From IMG/VR virus record IMGVR_UViG_3300023174_000215, positions 1-54,206 of that record: DNA of 54,206 nucleotides. One strand, written 5' to 3'. The DNA comes from a virus. Taxonomy: Duplodnaviria; Caudoviricetes. The position numbers were made by a program, and so were the translations under genes. Under the pieces are notes generated by a model, which worked only from the letters and a program-made list of their open reading frames with translations, was not told the DNA's origin and made no database searches. How positions within the stretch are numbered: the stretch's first letter is position 1; each line of letters opens with the position of its first letter. This document shows, in pieces, positions 16,798 to 25,714 of the stretch.

Positions 16798-17082
16798 TTA
16801 ACCTGTCACGGTTACAACAAATACAATGGCTGAAATGTCACCATCGTGGCTTTTGATACTTGCAAAGCCTGGGATACAACTTAAATCTAAACCTCTAGGG
16901 GCGCAATAACCACGGGCAATTGCGATTGCTTTGACGGCTTGATTAACGGCTCCAGCACCTACGGCACGGATTTTGCAACCACGAGTCTCATAAATACTAT
17001 GGGCGATTGCTGATGCTACGGCTTGTGGATTTGACCCTGCTGAAACACGCAGGATATTTTCTTCTGATACTGCTTCTGACAT
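16798..17082 (-). CDS. spoVS: SpoVS family (Alba-like fold) protein
   Basis: LRVSAGSNPQAVASAIA...IRAVGAGAVNQAVKAIAIARG...IPGF...ISAIVF matches the SpoVS consensus. Confidence 0.93.
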   Translation of the reverse strand: MSEAVSEENILRVSAGSNPQAVASAIAHSIYETRGCKIRAVGAGAVNQAVKAIAIARGYCAPRGLDLSCIPGFASIKSHDGDISAIVFVVTVTG

Positions 17083-17146
17083 TGTTATACCTCATTATGC
17101 TCGGATTAGTGTTACCCCCAAATTATGGGTACACGAGCATGTAATA

Positions 17147-17524
17147 TCAGGCTAAACTCTTATCAAAAATCATATGGCAAGAAGTGCACCTAGCCTCATA
17201 ATGCTCTAAATGTACGCAATAAGGGTTTAAATTAGGCCTATCTTTCCTAGCAACTCCATACAATACATTTGAACAACTGTTATTCCAAGTCCAATCATTT
17301 GCAGGAGTTCCACAATCAATGCATTGGTGTTTAGAGGCGCTTCCTTTATTTACTTTTAAACGACCGTGCATTCCCCAATAAGAAACTACATCTTTACGTG
17401 GCCTGCCACCTTTGGTATAACTACGGTTTTCTTTGGGTTGGCTTATCCACCAAGCTTGATAATGGGTGTTACACAAGTTTTTAGCTTTTCCTGGCCTACT
17501 ACAGGCTTCTATAATGCAGTTCAT
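17147..17524 (-). CDS. HNH-family endonuclease-like protein
   Basis: CxxxxC...CxxHY N-domain, YxxxHxR, CIDCG, RCTSCH; start moved to ATG 17524 (ATGA overlap). Confidence 0.7.
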   Translation of the reverse strand: MNCIIEACSRPGKAKNLCNTHYQAWWISQPKENRSYTKGGRPRKDVVSYWGMHGRLKVNKGSASKHQCIDCGTPANDWTWNNSCSNVLYGVARKDRPNLNPYCVHLEHYEARCTSCHMIFDKSLA

Positions 17525-17718
17525 ACGTCTAATGGGGTGGGGGCTGTGGCAAGGCTGCCACATAGGGCGCATTCCATATCTAACATATATAAGGATATCT
17601 GCCCTTCTTCAAACTGAGCTTTTACATTCCACAAAGTGGACCCGCAAGCGCAGACGTGAAGTGGCCTATCCTTATCCCTGAGGTCTAGCACCGAAATCTG
17701 CAAGTACGTGATAGGCAA
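17521..17718 (-). CDS. Zn-ribbon protein
   Basis: CACGS...CALCGS. Confidence 0.75.
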   Translation of the reverse strand: MPITYLQISVLDLRDKDRPLHVCACGSTLWNVKAQFEEGQISLYMLDMECALCGSLATAPTPLDV

Positions 17719-17923
17719 CCTCTATATAAATAGCTGCATTAGATATTAAATCTTCTGGGTGATGTAGTGATTTTTTATCTATTACGCCCCAATTTTTACT
17801 AAGGTACTCTTTAAGACCTGGGGTTAGCTTAGTAACAAATTCCTCAGTAGTCATATAGCCCTCTTTACGGAGTTCTTTATTTGTTGGCATAGGACGTTTA
17901 GGTGAGTTCGATTTTTTGCTCAT
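17672..17923 (-). CDS. Hypothetical protein
   Basis: GAAAGGA RBS. Confidence 0.7.
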   Translation of the reverse strand: MSKKSNSPKRPMPTNKELRKEGYMTTEEFVTKLTPGLKEYLSKNWGVIDKKSLHHPEDLISNAAIYIEVAYHVLADFGARPQG

Positions 17924-18122
17924 TTTGTCCTTTCATAATTTTAGGGGCAACAAAAAACAGTACTTCGCGGAAATAACAAACGTTACAACCACAATAAGGC
18001 TCACCCGATAACGTCTCTATCTCTTCATTCTCATCAACACTATCTTGACAAACCATTAAGTACTCTTCAAGACCTTCTTGTAGTTTTTCTGCCCACTTCT
18101 CATCTTTAACAATAAAACTCAT
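17898..18122 (-). CDS. Hypothetical protein (CGCxxC)
   Basis: Start ATG 18122 with ATGA overlap and GGGGAG RBS. Confidence 0.7.
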   Translation of the reverse strand: MSFIVKDEKWAEKLQEGLEEYLMVCQDSVDENEEIETLSGEPYCGCNVCYFREVLFFVAPKIMKGQNEQKIELT

Positions 18123-18286
18123 TTTGCTCCCCATCCTCCGCCTTTAAAATGAACTGCTGGCGGTGTCCATACTTTAGTTAGAAAGTTTCCGCATTTATCG
18201 CATGTAGGACGGTGCACATCGTCAAACCCAATATGCATCTCTACTGTTGTGTCACATGGTATACAAGTAAAATCATACTTTGGCAT
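18119..18286 (-). CDS. FmdB-like Zn-ribbon protein (not in ORF track)
   Basis: MPKYDFTCIPC...PTCDKCG...FKGGGW. Confidence 0.85.
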   Translation of the reverse strand: MPKYDFTCIPCDTTVEMHIGFDDVHRPTCDKCGNFLTKVWTPPAVHFKGGGWGAK

Positions 18287-18633
18287 TAATTTTTATCTCC
18301 GTACCCTGCTTCTCGTAGTAAATGTACGAAGTCTTCAAGTCTGAGTAGTGTAACCCATTCTCCGATACCCGCTTCACCTTGACCGTTAAGGCGTAAGACC
18401 GCAACTGGTAAATCTTTTCCATTGTGTCTCTCCTTTAGCTGTTTGATAGCTGCACTTGGATTAAAGCCTGTACGGGATTTTACTTCCCAATCTATACCTA
18501 CCGTGCCTGTGACATCACTACCGCTACGACCTGCCCCCGCGCTTTCTGCAAAGGGAAAGCCGTGCTCAGCTAAGTACATAGCTAGTACCTTCTGGCTTCG
18601 ATAGCCTCTATGTTTGCGTGATTGGCTTGGCAT
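18286..18633 (-). CDS. PD-(D/E)XK nuclease, Holliday junction resolvase-like
   Basis: RKHRG...GSDV...WEVK. Confidence 0.7.
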   Translation of the reverse strand: MPSQSRKHRGYRSQKVLAMYLAEHGFPFAESAGAGRSGSDVTGTVGIDWEVKSRTGFNPSAAIKQLKERHNGKDLPVAVLRLNGQGEAGIGEWVTLLRLEDFVHLLREAGYGDKN

Positions 18634-19130
18634 TATGCGCTGAACTTATTGGTTCTCATACGGTCACTAGATGTACGGCGAGTGAGCTCACGGCTGGCTA
18701 GGTTGTAGTAACGCTCTAAGTTATCTTGCGTGGTCTCTAACAGTTTACGGTAGGCGTAAGCGTAGTTCTTTACTTTTAATTTACCTTGTATGTCTTCTTG
18801 TACTAAAACAGAGGCCTTTAGTAAGCCCGCTTTTTCAGTAGTTTTACCTGTTGATAGTTTTAATAGAGCCTGTGCTTCACAGAAATCGTAATCGTTTTCT
18901 GCTTCAAGCTCTGCAATCTGGGCGCATGAAACCTGTGTGCGAACCATGTTGTAGTTCTCCATATATTTAGAGGCTAAAACCATAAGGTCTTGGTCATCTA
19001 CTAACGTGACATCATCTGGGAAGTTAGGTATGGACATATCTAATGTCTGACGCATAGGTAACCCTTGGCGCTCTAAAATATCAATAATGTCTTCGGTGAT
19101 ACCTGTGGTTACCAACTTAATCATTGTCAT
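18633..19130 (-). CDS. Coiled-coil protein, possibly UvsY-like recombination mediator
   Basis: Long helical sequence ending SRELTRR inside the recombination cluster. Confidence 0.45.
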   Translation of the reverse strand: MTMIKLVTTGITEDIIDILERQGLPMRQTLDMSIPNFPDDVTLVDDQDLMVLASKYMENYNMVRTQVSCAQIAELEAENDYDFCEAQALLKLSTGKTTEKAGLLKASVLVQEDIQGKLKVKNYAYAYRKLLETTQDNLERYYNLASRELTRRTSSDRMRTNKFSA

Positions 19131-19998
19131 ACCCCTTGCACTGGTAGCAACCCTCGTTAGGGCTTATATTACAAGTAGGTGGCATACCTTTGTCAACTGC
19201 CTCTACAATTGATGCAGCAGCCTCTAATAACGGGGCTATACCAAAGTCACTCTTGGCAACTACAAACTCTTTTACTTCTTGCGTAGACTTATTCTCATAC
19301 AGGAACAACGCTTCTTGTGGTTGGTGTTTAAGTCCTATTAACTCAGCTAACTTCATGTACATTTGAGCCTGCATTATGTGGCTCATAAATGGGGCGCTCA
19401 TTGCCTTCCACATCTTGTCAATCTCGCCGTTGTGCTCATAGGTCATCTCTGGAGCTTCAAATCTAAATGTTCCTGCGCCTAATGATTTAATCTCTAACAT
19501 CAATGGCTCACCAAAACCAAGAAGGATTCCATCTGCATGGCCCGAAATTCTTAATGGCTCGTAATGGAGTGAAACTTCTTTGTAACTAAACTTAGTACAG
19601 TCGCATACAGGGCATTTAATATCTGCCATTCCCCACTCTTTTAGCCCGCATCTATTGCACTCATAGATGCCGTACAAGGTACCCATCTCTTGAAAAATGG
19701 ATTGCCAACCTGCATGAATATCGTGACCTGTCTGGAACACACGCTTTTGTTTTAGGGATACCCGATACTTGCTAGGTGGTGGTGGAAAACCTAATAACTG
19801 AAAATAAGATGAACGGTGGCACCAATCTGCTTTAACCATTGCTGATGGATGCAATACATCTGAGCGTCTATCACTTGGCGCTTCTTTTGCAATGTAGTGG
19901 CGCTCTACGGAAGCAAGTACTCTGCTGTCTTTTTTACCCGCATCTACAAACTTCTTTAATGCTCCTGTGGCTTTAAACCCGCTTGCCTTTGACGCCAT
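19117..19998 (-). CDS. Cas4-like PD-(D/E)XK exonuclease
   Basis: HPS..WCHR, GHDIH, GHADG, EIKS, QAQMYM, C-terminal CxxxxxxxCxxC. Confidence 0.85.
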   Translation of the reverse strand: MASKASGFKATGALKKFVDAGKKDSRVLASVERHYIAKEAPSDRRSDVLHPSAMVKADWCHRSSYFQLLGFPPPPSKYRVSLKQKRVFQTGHDIHAGWQSIFQEMGTLYGIYECNRCGLKEWGMADIKCPVCDCTKFSYKEVSLHYEPLRISGHADGILLGFGEPLMLEIKSLGAGTFRFEAPEMTYEHNGEIDKMWKAMSAPFMSHIMQAQMYMKLAELIGLKHQPQEALFLYENKSTQEVKEFVVAKSDFGIAPLLEAAASIVEAVDKGMPPTCNISPNEGCYQCKGYDND

Positions 19999-20314
19999 TT
20001 TTAATTACCCATTCTTCCAATGTAAGCCCTACCTTAGCAGCTTTTCTCTTCAATGCATTTCGTTCACGATGTGAAAGTCCGCCCCAAATACCGTGTTGTT
20101 CATCCATCTTCTCTGAGTAGAGTAGACATTGAATTCTTACGGGACACTCTGGTGCGCCATCTCGTCCAAAACAGACGGCTTTAGATTTATCAGCAATGTT
20201 TTTATATTTTTCTTTGTCTCGTGGTGGGTACCAAATTTCAGTATCCATACCCCGACATTTAGCGGAGTAACGCCAGTCTTCTACGTTACCTGAACCTTCG
20301 TATGACAAGTGCAC
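19973..20314 (-). CDS. whiB: WhiB-family Fe-S transcription factor
   Basis: WRYSAKCRG...KAVC...CPVRIQCL...GIWGGLS..ER. Confidence 0.93.
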   Translation of the reverse strand: MHLSYEGSGNVEDWRYSAKCRGMDTEIWYPPRDKEKYKNIADKSKAVCFGRDGAPECPVRIQCLLYSEKMDEQHGIWGGLSHRERNALKRKAAKVGLTLEEWVIKNGVKGKRV

Positions 20315-20625
20315 TCCATGAGGGTTTGGCGCATTTCTAGAAAATCATCCTCAAGTAAAAGCACATAATTATTCTCGTTAAGACTTACGCCTAATACAGG
20401 CATTCGACTATCAAGAATTGCTTCATTGACAATTTTTTCCAAAACTGCAGCTTTAACAGTAAAGGAGGTTTTGCCCGTCCACTTATGTTCTATTAAAAGT
20501 TCATCAGTCCGAACATCGCCTTTACGATTCCAAAAAGCTCCACTGGCTGCTGTTCGCTTGCCATCAAACTTTTTTGCTAATCGTGCCTCATGCTTCTTAG
20601 ACTGTCTTTGTCCCTCACTCCTCAT
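20281..20625 (-). CDS. PD-(D/E)XK nuclease, resolvase-like
   Basis: E..LA...ASGA...KGDV...IEHK. Confidence 0.7.
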   Translation of the reverse strand: MRSEGQRQSKKHEARLAKKFDGKRTAASGAFWNRKGDVRTDELLIEHKWTGKTSFTVKAAVLEKIVNEAILDSRMPVLGVSLNENNYVLLLEDDFLEMRQTLMECTCHTKVQVT

Positions 20626-21688
20626 CGGAGTCTTCGGCTATGAACTTAGACCCAGCTTTAATGGAGTCCAGCACATCCCGTTCAAGGGCTTCTTTCAGGT
20701 CTAACTCTTCCCGTATTGAGCTAAGCATAGCATCTGCACCCTGCCATTGCCGATTCTCGCCCTTAAACTCGTAACGGTAATATGCACCTGCTCGGGTAAT
20801 AACTTTGTTAATAATACCCATAGCAACAACTTCCTTGGCAAAATCATAATTGCCACGGTCTACAGAACCACCATTGGCAAAATAGAAATCCATAAACGCG
20901 GTTTGAGATGGTGGGGCAGACTTGTTCTTCATAGTACGAATTTTGATTGTCTGTCCTACACGGGTCTTTTCTTGGCCCGTACCTTCTTCAATCCAATCAT
21001 CGCGCTTTACCTCTACTCGTGTAAAGAAAGCGTAGTTCTTGCCCTTGCCCCCAGGAGTAGTACGAGGGTCACCATACATAACGCCAACCTTGTCGCGCCA
21101 TTGGTTAATTAAAATACCAATAAATGGGCGCTCCTCAACTACAAGACTTCGCTTGGATGCCTTGCCTACCTTGCGGAAAAACTTATTAGTTAAGAGTGCT
21201 CCTCGTCCAACGGTGAATTCATCCATATCCTTTTCGTCTTCAGCACTAGGAATAAGGGCAGGAAGGCTATCAATAATGACGCAATCCACAGCTTTACTTT
21301 CAACCAACTCAATAACTGCTTCATATGCTTCCTCCATAATATTTGTAGAAATTACATACACACGAGATAAATCAACCCCGCACATTTCAGCATAAGAAGG
21401 AACCCATTCTTCTGCTGCTACCCACACAGTTGTAAACTCTGGGTCACGGTCTTGATTAGCTGCAACTGTCTTTAACGCTACAGCAGTTTTACCATTTGAT
21501 TCTTCACCAATTAGTTCGTGCCATTGATTAACGGGCCATCCACCACCTAATGCAACATCAAATGAAAGTGAGCCTGTTGTAAAACGACCAATTGTGTTCT
21601 GAATGTTCTCGCCCAAAATGATGGTATCGGCACCCATCTTTTTGTTAATCTTATTAATTACTTTTAATAGTTCTGCGTTAACTGCCAT
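20615..21688 (-). CDS. recA: RecA recombinase
   Basis: TGSLSFDVALGGG, GEESNGKT, IIDS, INQWR, TPGGK. Confidence 0.95.
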   Translation of the reverse strand: MAVNAELLKVINKINKKMGADTIILGENIQNTIGRFTTGSLSFDVALGGGWPVNQWHELIGEESNGKTAVALKTVAANQDRDPEFTTVWVAAEEWVPSYAEMCGVDLSRVYVISTNIMEEAYEAVIELVESKAVDCVIIDSLPALIPSAEDEKDMDEFTVGRGALLTNKFFRKVGKASKRSLVVEERPFIGILINQWRDKVGVMYGDPRTTPGGKGKNYAFFTRVEVKRDDWIEEGTGQEKTRVGQTIKIRTMKNKSAPPSQTAFMDFYFANGGSVDRGNYDFAKEVVAMGIINKVITRAGAYYRYEFKGENRQWQGADAMLSSIREELDLKEALERDVLDSIKAGSKFIAEDSDEE

Positions 21689-22056
21689 TAAATATGTCCA
21701 ATGATTGTCTGTGGGTTGAATCCGCCTGACTCTACTTGACGTGCAGGCTGAGCTGGACCAGCGGCCTGTGGCCCACTAGTAACTCCTTTGCCCATACCAG
21801 AACCTGATTGCTGAATTGGATAACCACAGTCATAGCAACGAGCACGTGATGCGTGGTCTGCTGAACCATAGTTCCCACTACCGCAACCAGGACAACGTGC
21901 AGCGTTAGTTGCTGATTGTGGCAATCGTTGTTGGTTTACTTCAGGTGGGTAGTACGGAGGTTGCGGAGTTGTTGGAGGAAGCTGCTGTTGATATGTCTGC
22001 GGAACAGACACTGAAGGATTTGCGCCAATTTTTTGTGCCCACCAGTTATTGCTCAT
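21688..22056 (-). CDS. Pro/Gln-rich Zn-ribbon protein
   Basis: CPGCGS...CYDCGY; AAGGAG RBS before MSNNWW. Confidence 0.75.
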   Translation of the reverse strand: MSNNWWAQKIGANPSVSVPQTYQQQLPPTTPQPPYYPPEVNQQRLPQSATNAARCPGCGSGNYGSADHASRARCYDCGYPIQQSGSGMGKGVTSGPQAAGPAQPARQVESGGFNPQTIIGHI

Positions 22057-22522
22057 CATCGTACTCCTTAAAGAAAGACCCAACGTTAACTGCGTTGGGG
22101 TAGATAATACCTAATTCTATTGCAGAAGAGAAGGCAGATATAAGTGCTGAAAAACCTACTGCATGGTACAAATCACGCATGAGCCTAACATCATTTTCCA
22201 TCTCTTGGTCAATTTCTTTTTCTTTGCCTAGCTCATAAAGTTGCGATGTAGTAATAATCTTAGCGTTGAGCTCGCTAATAATGTCTAAATAAGGAATCAA
22301 AGTGTCAAGGCTAGCAAGACGAAGTTCGCTGTCTTCCTCTTCTTTTTCGTGTCCTTCATCGCTGACTGGATTTAATCCAAGGGCTACAGCAATATCATTT
22401 GTATCTGGAATACTCATGTCGTAGAGATACCAACGTGTTAATGTACTAAATGGAATTTCATTTTTAATAATGTCATACTCTTCACCGCTACCGCGATTAA
22501 AGAACCTTTTCATCCAACTCAT
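22046..22522 (-). CDS. Hypothetical protein
   Basis: ATGA overlap with polA stop. Confidence 0.8.
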   Translation of the reverse strand: MSWMKRFFNRGSGEEYDIIKNEIPFSTLTRWYLYDMSIPDTNDIAVALGLNPVSDEGHEKEEEDSELRLASLDTLIPYLDIISELNAKIITTSQLYELGKEKEIDQEMENDVRLMRDLYHAVGFSALISAFSSAIELGIIYPNAVNVGSFFKEYDDEQ

Positions 22523-24492
22523 TTAGCCTCGCCCCACTTCTGTACAATTTTAACGTCAGCAATAAGGGGGACATTTAGAAGGTCAATACCTTCCATAGCC
22601 GCTCTGATGGCTTCTGCAGTCTCTTCTGCAATACTGTCTGGTGCCACTGTCACAATTTCATCGTGAATAGTAAGGATTAGTCTAGCCTCATTTGGAATCA
22701 TCTTATATGCGCGAATCATGGCAAGTTTAATAATGTCGGCTGCAGAACCCTGAATACGAGTATTGAACGCTTGACGCTCAGCGGATGACTTAAATCCAAA
22801 GTCTCTTGAGTTAATATCGGGCAGGTATCTTCTTCGCCCCAAAATTGTAGAGACATAGCCTTTAACTCTTGTTCCTCCTACAACACGCAAACGATACTTG
22901 TTGACTGAATTAAACTTAGCTGAGAAGTCATTAAGTAGTTTTTTAGCCTCAGTAACGCTACATCCAATCTGACTTGCAATTTTGTCAGGGCCTACGCCGT
23001 AAGCCATAGCCAATACAAGTACCTTGCCAGCCTTGCGGTCTACTCCCATAGTGTTACCCACGGTTGTATAAATATCTCCACCCTTTAAATAGTTGTCCAT
23101 CATAATTGGGTCTTGTGACATAGATGCAATCACTCTAGGTTCAATCTGAGAATAGTCAGCCACTACTAGTTTGTATCCTGGTGGTGCATAAAACAAGTTA
23201 CGAATTGCCTTACCGTGGGCGGTGTGTGGTGCTGGAACATTTTGTAAGTTGGGGTTACGGCTAGAAAAACGACCAGTCTCTGCTCCGTGCTGTACAAAGT
23301 CACAATGAATCTTGCCGTTAATCAAAAGAGTTTCTTTATGCTCAATTTTAGATTTACCGTTGCTGGTGCGGGTCACATCTCCACCCAAATAGGGCACTAC
23401 ATAAGTAGTCAACAACTTATTTAAATCTGAATACTCCAACAGTGCTTTAACTAAAGGGTTGGCCTCTCGATACATCTCTAGCGCATCTGCTGCAACTGAG
23501 TAATCGGTTGACTCTAGCGGAATCTTTTCTTCGTGTTTCTTTTTACCGCCCGTAGTTAGAAGCTTTGGCTTTATGCCTTGGCCCCCGTCCTCCTTCTTCC
23601 CGTAGAGAACTTCTTGCTTATCAGCGTTTGAATTGATGTTAAACACCCGACCAGCAATTCTATAAATCTCCGAACGTGCTTTTTCAATATCTTCTTCTAA
23701 CTGAGTATGCAGGGCTATTAGTTGTTCAGTATCAATCGGTGCACCCGATAATTTCATAGCGCATAAAACTTCAAGGACACCCATCTCAAGGTTCATTACC
23801 TTAGTAAGTTGTCCCTCTTCAAGTTTTGGTAGCAAAGCTTTATAAAGCATAAATGTGTACTTAGCGTCTAAATATGCATATTTAGCAACAGTATCAAAGG
23901 AATACTTCTCAACTTCTTTACCTACGCCTTTAACCATATGGTAGTTAAACTCTCGCGCCAAACAATCATCTAAACCGCATTTATTCTTGTTCTTGTTGTC
24001 ATAGAGGAAAGAGGCAATCATCGTGTCAAAGTAAGGCCCAACAGGGACTTTACCGCCATAGTATTTAGCTACTGAAGTTAAATCAAAAACAAGGTTGTGA
24101 CCAATCAGTAGTCGGTCTTTACCAAACATTAAAGGTTCAAGAGCGGCAAATACTTCTGCAGGAAATAACTGTGGTGGGGGTGGACCAAAACTAACTGTTG
24201 CTTTTTTCTTATCTCGTGAGTAATCAGCTTCTCGTGCAGGTAATCCCGCAGCAACTCTTTTTTCGCCTTGACCTGTTAAAGGAAAAACTTCAGATTCAAA
24301 CTCTCCGTTTGGGTGGCCTAAAGGAATAACATCTCCACGACCATATGTAGATAAAGAAATCCACAGCACTTCATTAACGACTGTTACGCCTCGTTGTGGC
24401 CCTACTGTTTCTACATCGTAGGCAAAAGTATCTTGCTTAAGATAGTAAGTAACCATCTCATCAAGTTGTTCTTTTGTTGTAATGATATTCAT
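22519..24492 (-). CDS. polA: Family A DNA polymerase with 3-prime to 5-prime exonuclease domain
   Basis: DVET, GHNLVFD, YAYLDA, TGRFSS, DYSQIE, KVLVLAMAYG, IHDE. Confidence 0.96.
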   Translation of the reverse strand: MNIITTKEQLDEMVTYYLKQDTFAYDVETVGPQRGVTVVNEVLWISLSTYGRGDVIPLGHPNGEFESEVFPLTGQGEKRVAAGLPAREADYSRDKKKATVSFGPPPPQLFPAEVFAALEPLMFGKDRLLIGHNLVFDLTSVAKYYGGKVPVGPYFDTMIASFLYDNKNKNKCGLDDCLAREFNYHMVKGVGKEVEKYSFDTVAKYAYLDAKYTFMLYKALLPKLEEGQLTKVMNLEMGVLEVLCAMKLSGAPIDTEQLIALHTQLEEDIEKARSEIYRIAGRVFNINSNADKQEVLYGKKEDGGQGIKPKLLTTGGKKKHEEKIPLESTDYSVAADALEMYREANPLVKALLEYSDLNKLLTTYVVPYLGGDVTRTSNGKSKIEHKETLLINGKIHCDFVQHGAETGRFSSRNPNLQNVPAPHTAHGKAIRNLFYAPPGYKLVVADYSQIEPRVIASMSQDPIMMDNYLKGGDIYTTVGNTMGVDRKAGKVLVLAMAYGVGPDKIASQIGCSVTEAKKLLNDFSAKFNSVNKYRLRVVGGTRVKGYVSTILGRRRYLPDINSRDFGFKSSAERQAFNTRIQGSAADIIKLAMIRAYKMIPNEARLILTIHDEIVTVAPDSIAEETAEAIRAAMEGIDLLNVPLIADVKIVQKWGEAK

Positions 24493-24501
24493 GGGTCCCC
24501 T

Positions 24502-24546
24502 AAAAGCAGAAGGGCTAAGCCAGGGGATGGGCGGCCTAGCCCTTCT
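24502..24546 (-). terminator. 14-bp hairpin between SSB and polA (terminator/attenuator)
   Basis: Minus strand AGAAGGGCTAGGCC-N11-GGCTTAGCCCTTCT followed by GCTTTT. Confidence 0.7.
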
Positions 24547-24557
24547 ACATCTGTTAG

Positions 24558-25226
24558 TTAAGCTAGGTCGTTAGCAATTTCAGTTAGTTCAGCAACTGAG
24601 TTTTCATAGATTGCTGAACGTGGATACGCTTCTAGCGTTGCTAGGACGGATTCAACCTTTGCTTCGTCAATTGACCAATCTTCATTGAGGTCACGACCCT
24701 TGACAGAATTTAGAGAATAAACAGTTTGCTGCATCTTACCTGTGCGAGAAATCGCCCAATAGTTCTTTGTTAGAGGACCCTGTGGTGAGAAGTGTGCAGC
24801 GTGTAGTGTCTTATAAAGACGTGGTGTTGCAGTAAGAATCATGCGTGTTGCAGAATCTGCAGTAAGCACAGCCACAGTAAATGCGTGCTTGCTTTCTGGC
24901 TTGTGATTCAACTTAAGGCACAATGGGCAACCATTTCCCAAGCAAACGTATGAACGCTTGCCCTCAGTTTTTTGCTGTAGGAAGTGTTGCTTGTAGATTG
25001 CAAACGGACCGTCTTGGTCTAAGAACTTAATTACTTGAAATTCCTCATTCAACTTTAAATCAGTTGGGAATTCCTTTGACTTCATAGTCATTTCATCGCC
25101 TGCGCCCCAGCCTGCTTGGACTGCAGTTGATGTTGATGCTTCTGGACGAGCATCTACGTCATTTGTATTTTCAATTGAGAATTCATCCGTTACTGGAACA
25201 AATTCATCTGTACTTTGAACTGCCAT
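24558..25226 (-). CDS. Single-stranded DNA-binding protein, gp32-like
   Basis: IKFL...QHF...YVC..CPLC pattern; next to polA; AAGGAG RBS. Confidence 0.65.
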   Translation of the reverse strand: MAVQSTDEFVPVTDEFSIENTNDVDARPEASTSTAVQAGWGAGDEMTMKSKEFPTDLKLNEEFQVIKFLDQDGPFAIYKQHFLQQKTEGKRSYVCLGNGCPLCLKLNHKPESKHAFTVAVLTADSATRMILTATPRLYKTLHAAHFSPQGPLTKNYWAISRTGKMQQTVYSLNSVKGRDLNEDWSIDEAKVESVLATLEAYPRSAIYENSVAELTEIANDLA

Positions 25227-25712
25227 TTATTTATCTCCTTGAGTTTCTTGGTTTTTAGTTTCTTGTGCAAGGATGTTAGTCCATGCCTCAGCTAGCTCTT
25301 TTACAAGCTTCTGGTGTAGAGACCATTCTATACGCTTGACATGTAAAAGTCCAGCTTTGTTAAATAGTTCTACAGCCGTTTCAATCATGGCTCGGCTATA
25401 AAGGCGTCTGCCCTTATGGTCTTCCCCATTTTTGTTTTGTGTAGTTGGTAAGCGGTAAGGGCAAGAGGGCAAGTAACCCTCTTCATTCCATTTTCTGATG
25501 GTGATAAATGGGCGCCCTAGCGCCTTAGCGAGTGCACCTACCGTAAACATCTCAACCTCCATGCCGTTAGGCAGGGTCTTGAGGTACGGACGGGAATCCC
25601 ATAGTTCTTTTGTTTGAACTTCGGGAACCGTGGTCTCACGTCGCTTTCTTTTACTGCCTGGATAAAAAACATCCAAGTCGGCAAAAGAAGATTCAATGAA
25701 GTCGTCTGACAT
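25227..25712 (-). CDS. MerR-like HTH DNA-binding protein
   Basis: TVGALAKALGR..TIRKWNEEGYLP...GRRLYS. Confidence 0.75.
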   Translation of the reverse strand: MSDDFIESSFADLDVFYPGSKRKRRETTVPEVQTKELWDSRPYLKTLPNGMEVEMFTVGALAKALGRPFITIRKWNEEGYLPSCPYRLPTTQNKNGEDHKGRRLYSRAMIETAVELFNKAGLLHVKRIEWSLHQKLVKELAEAWTNILAQETKNQETQGDK

Positions 25713-25714
25713 TT

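Noticed and set aside
19117-19998. CRISPR-Cas system suggested by the Cas4-like gene
   Set aside because: No repeat-spacer array or cas1/cas2; solo Cas4-like nucleases are common in phage recombination modules
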